This document shows, piece by piece, positions 43,535 through 52,300 of a stretch of DNA of 63,482 nucleotides. The notes below the pieces were generated by a model, which was given only the letters and a program-made list of their open reading frames with translations, did not search any database and was not told the origin of the DNA. Numbering within the stretch: the stretch's first letter is position 1; every line of letters begins with the position of its first letter. The DNA comes from a virus: positions 1 to 63,482 of IMG/VR virus record IMGVR_UViG_3300000303_000014; one strand, 5' to 3'. Position numbers and translations under genes: made by a program.

Positions 43535-43912
43535 ATGAGAATAGAGCGGGTTAATATAGGTTTGGCAATCGAACAAAAAATAAACGAGCTTGGATTGTCA
43601 AAGTCTGAATTTGGCAGAAAGATTGGTATTCCTCAACAAAATGTGAATAGGATACTTGAGAAACCAAATATAGACACAGAAAAGTTAATCACGATAAGTG
43701 AAGCACTTGGATATAACTTCTTTGCGGATTATTCAGGTGACCATAATGCTGTTGCCAATGGTGACGGTTCTGTAGCCGTTAGTGGTAACAACAATAGTAA
43801 CGTAGTAGCTGGTGGGGAAACGGCTTTGCTTCAGGAGCGGATAAAGCATTTGGAGGAGTTGCTTGCTGAGAAGGAGAGGCTGATACAGGTGTTGATGGAG
43901 GGGAGGAAATGA
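43535..43912 (+). CDS. XRE-family HTH transcriptional regulator (CI/Cro-like repressor) with a C-terminal coiled coil
   Basis: The HTH reads LGLSKSEFGRKIGIPQQNVNRILEKPN. The C-terminal zipper reads LLQERIKHLEELLAEKERLIQVL. The ATG is at 43535; the listed 43529 start is TTG. Confidence 0.75.
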   Translation: MRIERVNIGLAIEQKINELGLSKSEFGRKIGIPQQNVNRILEKPNIDTEKLITISEALGYNFFADYSGDHNAVANGDGSVAVSGNNNSNVVAGGETALLQERIKHLEELLAEKERLIQVLMEGRK

Positions 43913-44277
43913 AGGATTCAAGAACGTATTATTTGTTCTTGGGAATACTTGTTTTTGTGGGGATTGTTTGCTCGTATGCACATACGATATTCCCTGTAAT
44001 GGACGTTGATGAATACTTCGTTGATGAAAACAACGTCATCCATAATACACTATGTCCATACAAAGGTGTGCCATGGTTTACGAATAAACAAAGCAAATAT
44101 GAATTTATAAAAAACGGAGATTGGGAATTTTGCAAAGAGTGCTTTTCGGAAGACGAAATAAGCAAATTGATGATGCTCCATGAATGCAATATTGAACTAT
44201 ACATAGATAATCTATTGCATAAAGGTGCATCAACAGAATATATTGATAGCAAACTTGAAGAAATGAAACTTGAATGA
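43909..44277 (+). CDS. Membrane-anchored hypothetical protein (moron)
   Basis: It has an N-terminal TM (YYLFLGILVFVGIVCSY), sits in AT-rich sequence, and has ATGA overlaps on both sides. Confidence 0.6.
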   Translation: MKDSRTYYLFLGILVFVGIVCSYAHTIFPVMDVDEYFVDENNVIHNTLCPYKGVPWFTNKQSKYEFIKNGDWEFCKECFSEDEISKLMMLHECNIELYIDNLLHKGASTEYIDSKLEEMKLE

Positions 44278-44972
44278 TGAGAAAGATAGTAAATCTTTTA
44301 CCAATAGCCATAAGCATTATACTTGCATCATGCTCGAATGATGATACAGATGTGTATGATGAATTGTTGTCTAATACGACATGGCACCAGTTCTACGTCA
44401 TACCTGATTCGGAAGTAGTAGAGGAAACCTATACGATACCCGAAGAGATACTATCCCGGCTGGAATCAACGAAACGTACCGAGGAGGCAAAAGATACGAT
44501 AGGCGACATTCAGCAGACCAACGAATATGTACTGACTTTTGGAAGTGATGAAACGTGCGAGTTGAACGACATACATCATTTCGGGGGTACTTACCAAATT
44601 GAGACCTACGAAGAAGAAATAACTTACTATCCCAACCAAACATACCGAGAGGATGTCGGCGAAGGATATACAACGGAAATCATCGTGTTGAACGACAGTA
44701 TTACATTGCGAAGCCTGAAAGGTGAAGAGCTGGTAAGGCAGAACACGATGTTCTTAGGAAAGAATAACGAGATAAGGAGTAAAGGCCGGACGATAGACGT
44801 ATCAGAACCATCTGATTACGATGTAGAAGATAAGGCCGAAGCGTATCACATGACGTACACGAGGAATGGCAATCGCTTAGAACTTGCTGGAGATAAAAAC
44901 CTTTCAGGAGTTATAAGCGAGGACTTTAGCGAGATAGATTTTGAGGAGATAGGAAGTTTCGGAAGGAAATAA
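44274..44972 (+). CDS. Lipoprotein (moron; a candidate superinfection-exclusion or surface protein)
   Basis: It has a signal peptide with a lipobox (IILASC) and sits in AT-rich sequence. Confidence 0.65.
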   Translation: MMRKIVNLLPIAISIILASCSNDDTDVYDELLSNTTWHQFYVIPDSEVVEETYTIPEEILSRLESTKRTEEAKDTIGDIQQTNEYVLTFGSDETCELNDIHHFGGTYQIETYEEEITYYPNQTYREDVGEGYTTEIIVLNDSITLRSLKGEELVRQNTMFLGKNNEIRSKGRTIDVSEPSDYDVEDKAEAYHMTYTRNGNRLELAGDKNLSGVISEDFSEIDFEEIGSFGRK

Positions 44973-45108
44973 TTTAAATTATGATATAGACAAAATGAAT
45001 GTTGTCTAATTGTCGCTTGAAATTATATAAGTGACTGATAAAAAAGCATTCTTGGCTGCGGCGCAGGCGGCGGTAGAGGACGCTCAGTAATTAGCTGATT
45101 ATCAGAAA

Positions 45109-45151
45109 AATAGGCGGCAATTAGTTGTATTTCAACAGGTTGCCGCCTATT
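45109..45151. other. 12-bp perfect-stem hairpin in the int-proximal intergenic region
   Basis: aataggcggcaa (45109..45120) pairs with ttgccgcctatt (45140..45151), with a 19-nt loop. Confidence 0.6.
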
Positions 45152-45208
45152 GCTTTGTATAAGAGTATGTGCATTTTGGTACGGAAAATGTGCAGGATGA
45201 ACGCAAAT

Positions 45209-45259
45209 GTTGTACAAAAGTTGTACGTTTCCGACAACGCTGTTGTATGGGTGTTGTAC
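45209..45259 (+). repeat. Four phased GTTGTA(C/T) direct repeats plus one inverted copy upstream of int
   Basis: The copies start at 45209, 45220, 45242 and 45253, giving spacings of 11, 22 and 11 bp. An inverted acaac lies at 45234..45238. Confidence 0.6.
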
Positions 45260-45322
45260 AGGCGAAATCAGGCGGTTATCAGAGGTTAGCGGATTTTCAC
45301 ACCAAACAATTGGAACATAGAT

Positions 45323-46804
45323 ATGGCAACATTGAAAGCAGTAGTAAGAACGATGAGGGCTGACGGCTTCTATCCCGTCTACATACGTGTAACCCATCAC
45401 CGTGCATCAACGTTTATCAAGACGGACAAAATGGTGACCCGTAAGGAACTGACGAAATCGGGCGAGATTAAAGACCCGTTCGTGCTGCAATTCTGCACGC
45501 AGCGCATCTTGGAGTACAACGAGAAGCTGAACAAGGCGGACATTGGGAATTGGACGGCGAAGGAGGTGGCGGAGTTTCTGACCAAGGAAAGCGAGGACGT
45601 CTGTTTCTCGGATTATGCACGTAAGCACATAGACCGCATGATTGACCGGGGACAACAACGCAACGCACGGAACTACGAACTGGCGTTGCAGCACATGGAA
45701 CGGTTTGCAGGCACGACGAGGATTATGTTCTCGCATCTTACTTCCAACTTTGTGGCCCGGTGGATACAGTCGTTGGAACAGACGCACAGGGCTAAGGAGA
45801 TGTACCCCATTTGCATGAGGCAGGTGTTCAAGGCGGCGCAACTTGAGATAAACGACTACGACAACGGCATCATCCGCATCAAGACGAATCCGTGGGTGAA
45901 GGTGCAGATACCGAAAGCAGACAGGACGGAGAAACTGGCGATAACGCCGGAGGCTTGCCGGGAGTTCTTCTCGTTCCCTTTGCCGGAGAGCAAGATGAAG
46001 CTGCCGCTCATGGAGCTTGGCCGGGACGTGGCGATGATGGTGCTTTGCCTTGCCGGGATCAACACGGTTGACCTGTTCAACCTGCGCAGGGAGGACTACC
46101 ACGGAGGCATCATACACTACCAGCGGGCGAAAACGAAGAAGTTCAGGGCGGACGGTGCGTATATGGAAATGCGTGTTCCGGCCATCATCCTGCCGCTGTT
46201 CGAGAAGTATGCCAACAAGAACGAGAATGACGAGCACCTGTTTGACTTCTACAGCCGCCACACTTCGTATGACAGCTTCAGTGCGAACGTGAACGGTGGC
46301 ATACGTCAGGTGTGCGAGGCGATGGGGATGTCAAAGGACGAGGACTATTCATCGTACACGTTCCGGCACACATGGGGCACGGTGGCGCAGAACGATTGCG
46401 GAGCGTCCATCAGCGAGGTGGCGTTCGCGATGAACCACAGTAGCGGCCACAAGGTGACACGAGGCTACATAAAACTGGACTTCACCCCGGCATGGGAGTT
46501 GAACGAGAAGGTGGTGGACTTCATTTTCTTTTCCGACAAGCCGTCTGTACGCGAACGCAAGGAAGAAGAGCCGCATTTCCGCTTGTCGTACCGTTACCAA
46601 GTGCATGGCACGGCGTTCTTTCAGGGGAAAAAGGTTGCAGAGGTGATAGACACCGGATTTGACAACGTGGACGAGGTTATCAGGAAACTGGCCGGGCAAC
46701 TGCCTGATGACATCCCGGCACGTTCGATGGTGATGTTCAGGATAGAGAACGTTGACAAGGGGCAGACGGTGGTTTACCAGCGGATGAAGGGGAAAGGATT
46801 TTAA
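45323..46804 (+). CDS. int: Tyrosine recombinase (phage integrase) with a Bacteroidetes-type N-terminal arm-binding domain
   Basis: YQRAKTKK contains the catalytic Arg/Lys region. YTFRHTWGT is the HxxR-type box. MNHSSGHKVTRGYI supplies His and the catalytic Tyr. The N-terminus is LKAVVRTMRADGFYPVYIRVTHHR. Confidence 0.85.
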   Translation: MATLKAVVRTMRADGFYPVYIRVTHHRASTFIKTDKMVTRKELTKSGEIKDPFVLQFCTQRILEYNEKLNKADIGNWTAKEVAEFLTKESEDVCFSDYARKHIDRMIDRGQQRNARNYELALQHMERFAGTTRIMFSHLTSNFVARWIQSLEQTHRAKEMYPICMRQVFKAAQLEINDYDNGIIRIKTNPWVKVQIPKADRTEKLAITPEACREFFSFPLPESKMKLPLMELGRDVAMMVLCLAGINTVDLFNLRREDYHGGIIHYQRAKTKKFRADGAYMEMRVPAIILPLFEKYANKNENDEHLFDFYSRHTSYDSFSANVNGGIRQVCEAMGMSKDEDYSSYTFRHTWGTVAQNDCGASISEVAFAMNHSSGHKVTRGYIKLDFTPAWELNEKVVDFIFFSDKPSVRERKEEEPHFRLSYRYQVHGTAFFQGKKVAEVIDTGFDNVDEVIRKLAGQLPDDIPARSMVMFRIENVDKGQTVVYQRMKGKGF

Positions 46805-46832
46805 TCCTCATATTGTGGTTTATATTTTTAAG

Positions 46833-46880
46833 CCCACAGGGAAAGCGTGTCTTTCTTTGTGGGTTTTCTTTTGTTTTTTG
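46833..46880 (+). terminator. Rho-independent terminator of int
   Basis: A 13-bp stem (cccacagggaaag / ctttctttgtggg, including two G-U pairs) with a 5-nt loop, followed by ttttcttttgttttttg. Confidence 0.7.
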
Positions 46881-46928
46881 AGCCTTTACGCACACGCGCT
46901 ACGCGCGCGATGGAGAAGAAGTAGAAGG

Positions 46929-46952
46929 GAAATATATATACTTATATATTTC
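46929..46952. repeat. AT-rich palindrome gaaatatata-tact-tatatatttc
   Basis: 10-bp inverted arms made almost entirely of A/T, preceded by a GC-rich tract (cgcacacgcgctacgcgcgcg). Confidence 0.6.
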
Positions 46953-46972
46953 TTCTCTTTTCTTTGTTCCCC

Positions 46973-47071
46973 AAATTCCGAAGAAAAGGGCATTTCTTCG
47001 GAAGATATACGCATTTCTTCGGAAGAAATAACAATAACTTCGGAAGAAAAGCCTATTTCTTCGGAAGAAAT
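46973..47071 (+). repeat. Iteron array A: five copies of ATTTCTTCGGAAGAAAT-like 17-mers phased at 21 bp
   Basis: The motif centres lie at 46978, 46999, 47020, 47041 and 47062. Each motif is an 8-bp inverted repeat around a single central base. Confidence 0.85.
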
Positions 47072-47133
47072 AAAGCGGTTCTTAGACCTGATTTTTGCCC
47101 TAAAAACGGCCTTTTCCGCCCTGTTTTTGCGTA

Positions 47134-47231
47134 TGTTCTGAAGAAAAAGCCATTTCTTCGGAAAGAATACGTATTTCTTCGGAAGAAATGAGTATAACTT
47201 CGGAAGAAATACCCTTTTCTTACGAAGAAAT
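47134..47231 (+). repeat. Iteron array B: five more copies of the same 17-mer phased at 21 bp
   Basis: The motif centres lie at 47138, 47159, 47180, 47201 and 47222. Array B is a direct repeat of array A offset by 160 bp. Confidence 0.85.
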
Positions 47232-47267
47232 AGCTATAAATGGGTAAGGAATTACGGTTTTTGCCAA

Positions 47268-47303
47268 TTAAAAAGGCGATGCCCGGAATGTTCAGGCACC
47301 GCC
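47268..47303 (-). terminator. Rho-independent terminator of the 47364..47654 gene
   Basis: On the - strand, ggcggtgcc-tgaacattccg-ggcatcgcc (one mismatch in the stem) is followed by tttttaatt. Confidence 0.55.
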
Positions 47304-47363
47304 ATTGGTTATGAAACACAAATGAAAAAGAAGTCGGTCTAAAGTAGAGGTAAATAGACGGAG

Positions 47364-47654
47364 CTAATCTTCGTCCGAACTTTCATCGGAGGAGAGGGCG
47401 AGAAGTTTATCCTCGATGGTCTTACGTGTTTCCACCGTGGCATCTATGGTCGTAGATTGCATCTTAGGGGCGACATATTGCGTGAGCCGTTCCATAATCA
47501 TTACACGTTCTTTCGGTTCAAGAGCGGCTAAGTCTTTAAAGAAATTCTCGCTGTTGTAATAATCACTGGTGGCTTCGGCAAGACATTCACGAATGGTTCT
47601 TGTCGTTTTGTTGGGTGTTCCCTTTGTTCGTCCTCCTGTTTTCTTTCCTCTCAT
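47364..47654 (-). CDS. Small protein with a basic GGRxKGxxNK N-terminus and an acidic tail. It may be a DNA-binding protein or a terminase small-subunit-like protein.
   Basis: A 96-aa ORF from ATG 47654 (MRGKKTGGRTKGTPNKTTRTIRE...). The C-terminus is SSDESSDED. Confidence 0.6.
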   Translation of the reverse strand: MRGKKTGGRTKGTPNKTTRTIRECLAEATSDYYNSENFFKDLAALEPKERVMIMERLTQYVAPKMQSTTIDATVETRKTIEDKLLALSSDESSDED

Positions 47655-47684
47655 ATACGTGTGTAAAAAGTTAAACTGCAAGTG

Positions 47685-47692
47685 CAAAGATA
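47685..47692 (-). promoter_or_regulatory. Candidate -7 box (TATCTTTG on the - strand)
   Basis: It matches TAnnTTTG about 30 nt upstream of the ATG at 47654. Confidence 0.35.
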
Positions 47693-47713
47693 AGGCTTTA
47701 ACTTCGCCACATA

Positions 47714-48214
47714 ATGATAAGTTTTAACAGATATATGGGATTAATAGGCAGTGCATTAGGAGCCGTCGGCAGTATCTTCGGCGGCATATCGGCATCGAAA
47801 GCGATGAAGAAGGCGAAGAAGAACGTAGAGCAGCAGATTCAGAAGAATCAGGACTGGTACGACCGGAGGTATAACGAGGATGCCACGCAGAGGGCAGACG
47901 CGCAACGCATCCTGACGATGACGGAGGAGAGCATAAAGAACCGCAACCGCCAGGCGGCAGGAACTCAGGCCGTCATGGGTGGCACTGACGAGAGCACGGC
48001 GGCGGCGAAAGCGGCCAACAACCAAGCATTGGCAGACGCAACGGCGCAGATTGCCGTGAACGGAGAGCAGAGGAAAGACCAGATAGAGCAGCAATACCTG
48101 CAACGTGACGCAGACTTGCAGAACCAGTTGCAGCAACTTGAAATAGGCAAGGCACAGGCCATATCGGGAGCCGTGCAGGGTGTAACACAGGCGGCTTCGC
48201 AGTTGCCGTTCTAA
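47714..48214 (+). CDS. Glycine-zipper membrane or internal virion protein (hypothetical)
   Basis: GLIGSALGAVGSIFGGISAS at the N-terminus is followed by a Q/A-rich helical region. It is the first gene of the operon containing the giant ORF. Confidence 0.65.
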   Translation: MISFNRYMGLIGSALGAVGSIFGGISASKAMKKAKKNVEQQIQKNQDWYDRRYNEDATQRADAQRILTMTEESIKNRNRQAAGTQAVMGGTDESTAAAKAANNQALADATAQIAVNGEQRKDQIEQQYLQRDADLQNQLQQLEIGKAQAISGAVQGVTQAASQLPF

Positions 48215-48229
48215 CCAAAGGAGGATACT

Positions 48230-49297
48230 ATGGCGACAACGATAGAAAACATATTGGGTGGTGGAAAGAAGCCGACGGCACAGACACCTCCGGCAACTTC
48301 CCCACCGCCCACACCGGATAAGGAGAGGCTGAAAATCTCGGATGAGGAGAAAAAAGGTGTTTCTCCGGCACAGGCCATGCCGACAACGAAGCAGACCGAA
48401 CCACCCCAGCAGCCTAAGAGGATGAGCTACGAGGATATGTTCAAGAAACTCAATCCGTACCAGCCTCCGACTGAGCAGGAACTTGAAAAGGAACGGAAGA
48501 AACAGCGGAGGGAGCAGATATTCGCCGCCATAGGCGACGGCATATCGGCACTATCAAACCTTTTCTTCACCACGCAATATGCGCCGAACATGTATTCAGG
48601 ACGGAATACGGCATCACAGCGGACAAGGGAACGTTGGGACAAGCTCGCAGCCGAACGCAACGCCAACATGACGGCCTACATCAACGGAGTGATGAGGGCT
48701 CGTCAGGCAGATGAAGAATACAACGCTAATGAACGTGCATGGGAGCGGCAGCTTGGTCTTGACAAAATCAAGCAGGAACGTGACAAGGCGGCTGACGCAC
48801 GCGCCGAAGCCAAAGAGAAACGCGATGCGGAAATGCACGACCTTAACAAGCAGCTCATGGACAATAAAATTACCCAAGCGGAATATGATGCAAAGAAAGC
48901 CGAGGTCGAAGCGAAGTATGCGCCGCAGCTCGAAGAAAGCAAAATCGGGCGCAACAGGGCGGCCGCAAGCGCATCGAGGGCACGCGCGAGGTACTACGAC
49001 AACGGAGGAAGCTCCGGCAACCGGTATTACGGCGAGTTCCAAGGCAAGAAGTACAAGACACAGGCGGACTATGAGAAAGCCGTGCTGGATGCCGCAAGGG
49101 ACGCAGGGGTTGACATCTACGACACCGAAGTAACCGAACGGAACTACAAAGGAGAGCCGAGGAAACAGCGCAGAGTGAAACGTTCCATAGCCGCCATTGC
49201 GGCAGAAGTAGACGAAAAGACCAACCAGTTCAACGTGGAAGATTACAGACGCGGAGGCGGCACGAGACAAGAGAACAGCGCACCTCCATTAAACTGA
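48230..49297 (+). CDS. Highly charged coiled-coil protein (hypothetical internal or ejection protein)
   Basis: A 355-aa ORF, K/E/R-rich, preceded by aaaggagga. Confidence 0.7.
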   Translation: MATTIENILGGGKKPTAQTPPATSPPPTPDKERLKISDEEKKGVSPAQAMPTTKQTEPPQQPKRMSYEDMFKKLNPYQPPTEQELEKERKKQRREQIFAAIGDGISALSNLFFTTQYAPNMYSGRNTASQRTRERWDKLAAERNANMTAYINGVMRARQADEEYNANERAWERQLGLDKIKQERDKAADARAEAKEKRDAEMHDLNKQLMDNKITQAEYDAKKAEVEAKYAPQLEESKIGRNRAAASASRARARYYDNGGSSGNRYYGEFQGKKYKTQADYEKAVLDAARDAGVDIYDTEVTERNYKGEPRKQRRVKRSIAAIAAEVDEKTNQFNVEDYRRGGGTRQENSAPPLN

Positions 49298-49304
49298 CAG
49301 CATT

Positions 49305-52300
49305 ATGCCAAACAAGATAACATACACCATTACCACCTCGGACGGCAAAAGCCACCAAGTAAGCGAGGAAAACATTAACAAGTACGGTATGCAGTCGTAT
49401 GCGTCCGCATACAAGGGCGCAACCATCCGTATGCGCGACAAGGACGGCGCGGACTATGACATACCGCTGGGCAACTATGACGACGCACAGCGTCAGGGAT
49501 TGCACCCGTTCCGTTTCAATCATACCCCGGACAATACAGACATCCGACAGGAACGTGAGCCGCAAGAAACGCAGAATACACAGACGCAGGAGCAAAAGCC
49601 GTGGAAACCGACGGCGCAGCAGAGAGCCGTTATGACGGCCAACTTGGAGGGAATCAGCCGTTCGGCACAGCGCACAATGGAAGACTTCAACGAGCGCATG
49701 GACAACTTGCAGGAATACGGCAAGCGTTTCGGAGGCGGTCAGACGGTGAGCGGCGGTTTACGGTTCAATCCCGGCACCAAGAAGATGGAGCGCACCTACC
49801 TCACCCCAACCGGCGACCGCACTTTCAACAAGGGGGCAGCGGATAAGGTGAGCCGTGAATACAGGGAAGCCGTGGACACGACCGTCGGAGGACAAATACG
49901 CCGTGCGCAGCGCAGACTTGAGGAATTGCAGGAAAAGGCACGCCAACGCCAGCAGGAGATACACGACAAATGGGAGCAGGACTACACGAACAACAAAGCT
50001 CCGCTTGCAGCCGTGCTTGCTGCTGACACCTACGTTCCCTCGTTCGACAGCGACCAGACTTATAGAGCCTTGCAAGTGGCCATCCGTCAGACGCAAGAGC
50101 AGCTAAAGACCCTGCAAGAGCAGCAAGACCGTGACAACGGTGTGGACGTGGGCTTTTGGCGCGGCTTCGGACGTGCCGCAGGCGACATCCGTTCGTGGGA
50201 CTTCGGCATTGGCGACATGAAGGACGCACTGACCATGCTACGTGCATCGGATGACAAACACGGTCTGCCACCGACAGATCAGGAAAAGGAAGCCAATCAG
50301 GAAATGTTGAAGGCCATACACGAGAACCAGCAGACGGAAGCCATGTATGGAGGCAACGCCAGCTTTTGGAACAGGGCGGGCATGATGACCGGCTACATGC
50401 CCTCGTTCATGGTGGACTTCGCACTAACCGGCGGAGGCTTCGAGGGCATCAACTTGGCCACGAGAGCGGCAGGGAAAGCGGCCACCAAGATGTTGGGCAA
50501 GGAAGCAGTCAAGGAAATGGCCGAACAGGGATTCAAGATGTATGTGAAACGCAACGGCCTGAAAGGTCTTGGTCAGGAAGCCGCCAACTGGACGGTGAAG
50601 GCTTTGGGAACAACGGCCGACGAACTGCTGATACGTGCCCCGCTGATGACCAACACCGTGCAACTGGGCGACACGGCAGCTGACATCATAGACCGCAAGC
50701 TCGGCGACGTGGAGGTTGACGAGAACGGGAACTACGATTTCACCAATGACAAAACTTGGGGCAGTGCCGTTTGGCAGGGAGAAGCCAATTCCATTATTGA
50801 GAATTATTCTGAAATGTTCGGTACGCACTTGCCCGAAGCGGCATCGCTGGAAAACCTCGGCAGACTGGCCAACGTGATAGGCGCAAAGCGGTTGAGCGGC
50901 GTGTTGTCACGAGCCAATGCAGGAGCGTTGGGCGGAATAACGGACACCACACGCAGGATATTCGGGCAAATGGGCGTGAGCGACTATCTGGGCGAGGTGT
51001 CGGAGGAATACTACGGCCAGTTGTGGCGCACTATGCTCAACCTTGATGACGCATACCAGCAGAACGCCGACGGCACACGCACCAACCTGTTTGCCACCGG
51101 GCAGTTCCACGGCGACATTTGGGGAGGCATGGCCTTGTCGATGGGATTGATGGGCGCAGGAAAGGCCACGTTGAGCGGTGCCAATTACTTGGCTATGAAG
51201 CACGACGTGAACAAGGCAGACGCACGGGCAGGCGAGCTTCTTACTCCCGAAATATGGGAGCCGCTGCGCAGCACCATAGACATGGCCACCAACGACAACG
51301 TGGGCGACGTGGCCGAAACCATCATTAACGATAAGGAACTGACCAATGAGGAGAAAGCAGCCGTGATGAACTATATGGAGCGGTCGCTGTATCTCCGTGG
51401 GGCGAACCTTTCCGAGCTGGTAAACTCCCGTGGCGGTGTACAGGACGAGAGGAAGCAACAGGCCAACGACAGCTACATTGACGGCTACAACGCACAATCG
51501 GGCGAGGAAATGCAGGATGCCCGGAACATGTACGAATTGCAGCGGCAGAAAGCGGAACAAGCGTTATCTCCCGAAATGCTTGCGGAGATAGACGCAGACC
51601 CGATTGGCGCATTGCAAGACCTTGTGGATGATTCGGAAGCCGGTCAGACCGCCATTGACTATATCAACGCCAAACAGGTGTATGACGGCATGATACAGCG
51701 TGTGCGCGATGACATTGACAGCCGCATCGACCAAAGCAACGCGATGATAGACAGCCGTGTGAACCGTGCAAGCGGCATGATACAGGGCGCAACGATGAAA
51801 GTTCAGAACGATGATGGAAAAGACAGGCGCGTGTATGTGCTGGACGGCAATCTTGCCACATTGCCTGACGGCGCGGGCATTGACCATGAGAACTCGGACG
51901 GAAGCATCATCATACGTGATGCGGATACGGGCGCAATAGAAATGGTTTCTCCCGATGCCATATTCAGCGTTGAGCAGCCTATTGACCCTGAAACGGAGAA
52001 GATGACGGCAGCGGAAGCCATCCGCCAGCAGTTCGCAGCGGAAGCGGCTGGACGTATAGACGGTGTTGTGGCGTTCAATCCGGGCGACACGTACACCTTG
52101 ACCGATGAGAACGGTCAGGCGGTACAGATACAGATTATGGCCAACCAAGACGGACTTGTCGATAACGGTGACGGCACGGTGAACGTAAGTTCAGACGGCG
52201 GACAGACCATTGTTCCCATGTCAAAAGAGGACATTCAGGCAATGGTGGACGCCACCAACAGGGCGAGAGTGGCTCGGTTGGAAGAGGAACGCGGGACAAT

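Noticed and set aside
45023-45400. A 125-aa - strand ORF spanning the int upstream region and the int start.
   Set aside because: It crosses an intergenic region full of repeats and hairpins and overlaps the int N-terminus. No start context or motif supports it.
46973-47231. The regularly spaced repeats could be mistaken for a CRISPR array.
   Set aside because: The repeat unit is 17 bp with spacers of only about 4 bp. The two halves are direct duplicates and no cas genes are present. The geometry fits protein-binding iterons, not CRISPR.
46815-47319. ORFs predicted across the iteron region (46815..47141 +, 46964..47191 +, 47053..47319 -).
   Set aside because: Their repetitive peptides (ISSEE, FFGR, FFRR) are simply translations of the 21-bp DNA repeats in different frames. 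The region lies between two terminators.
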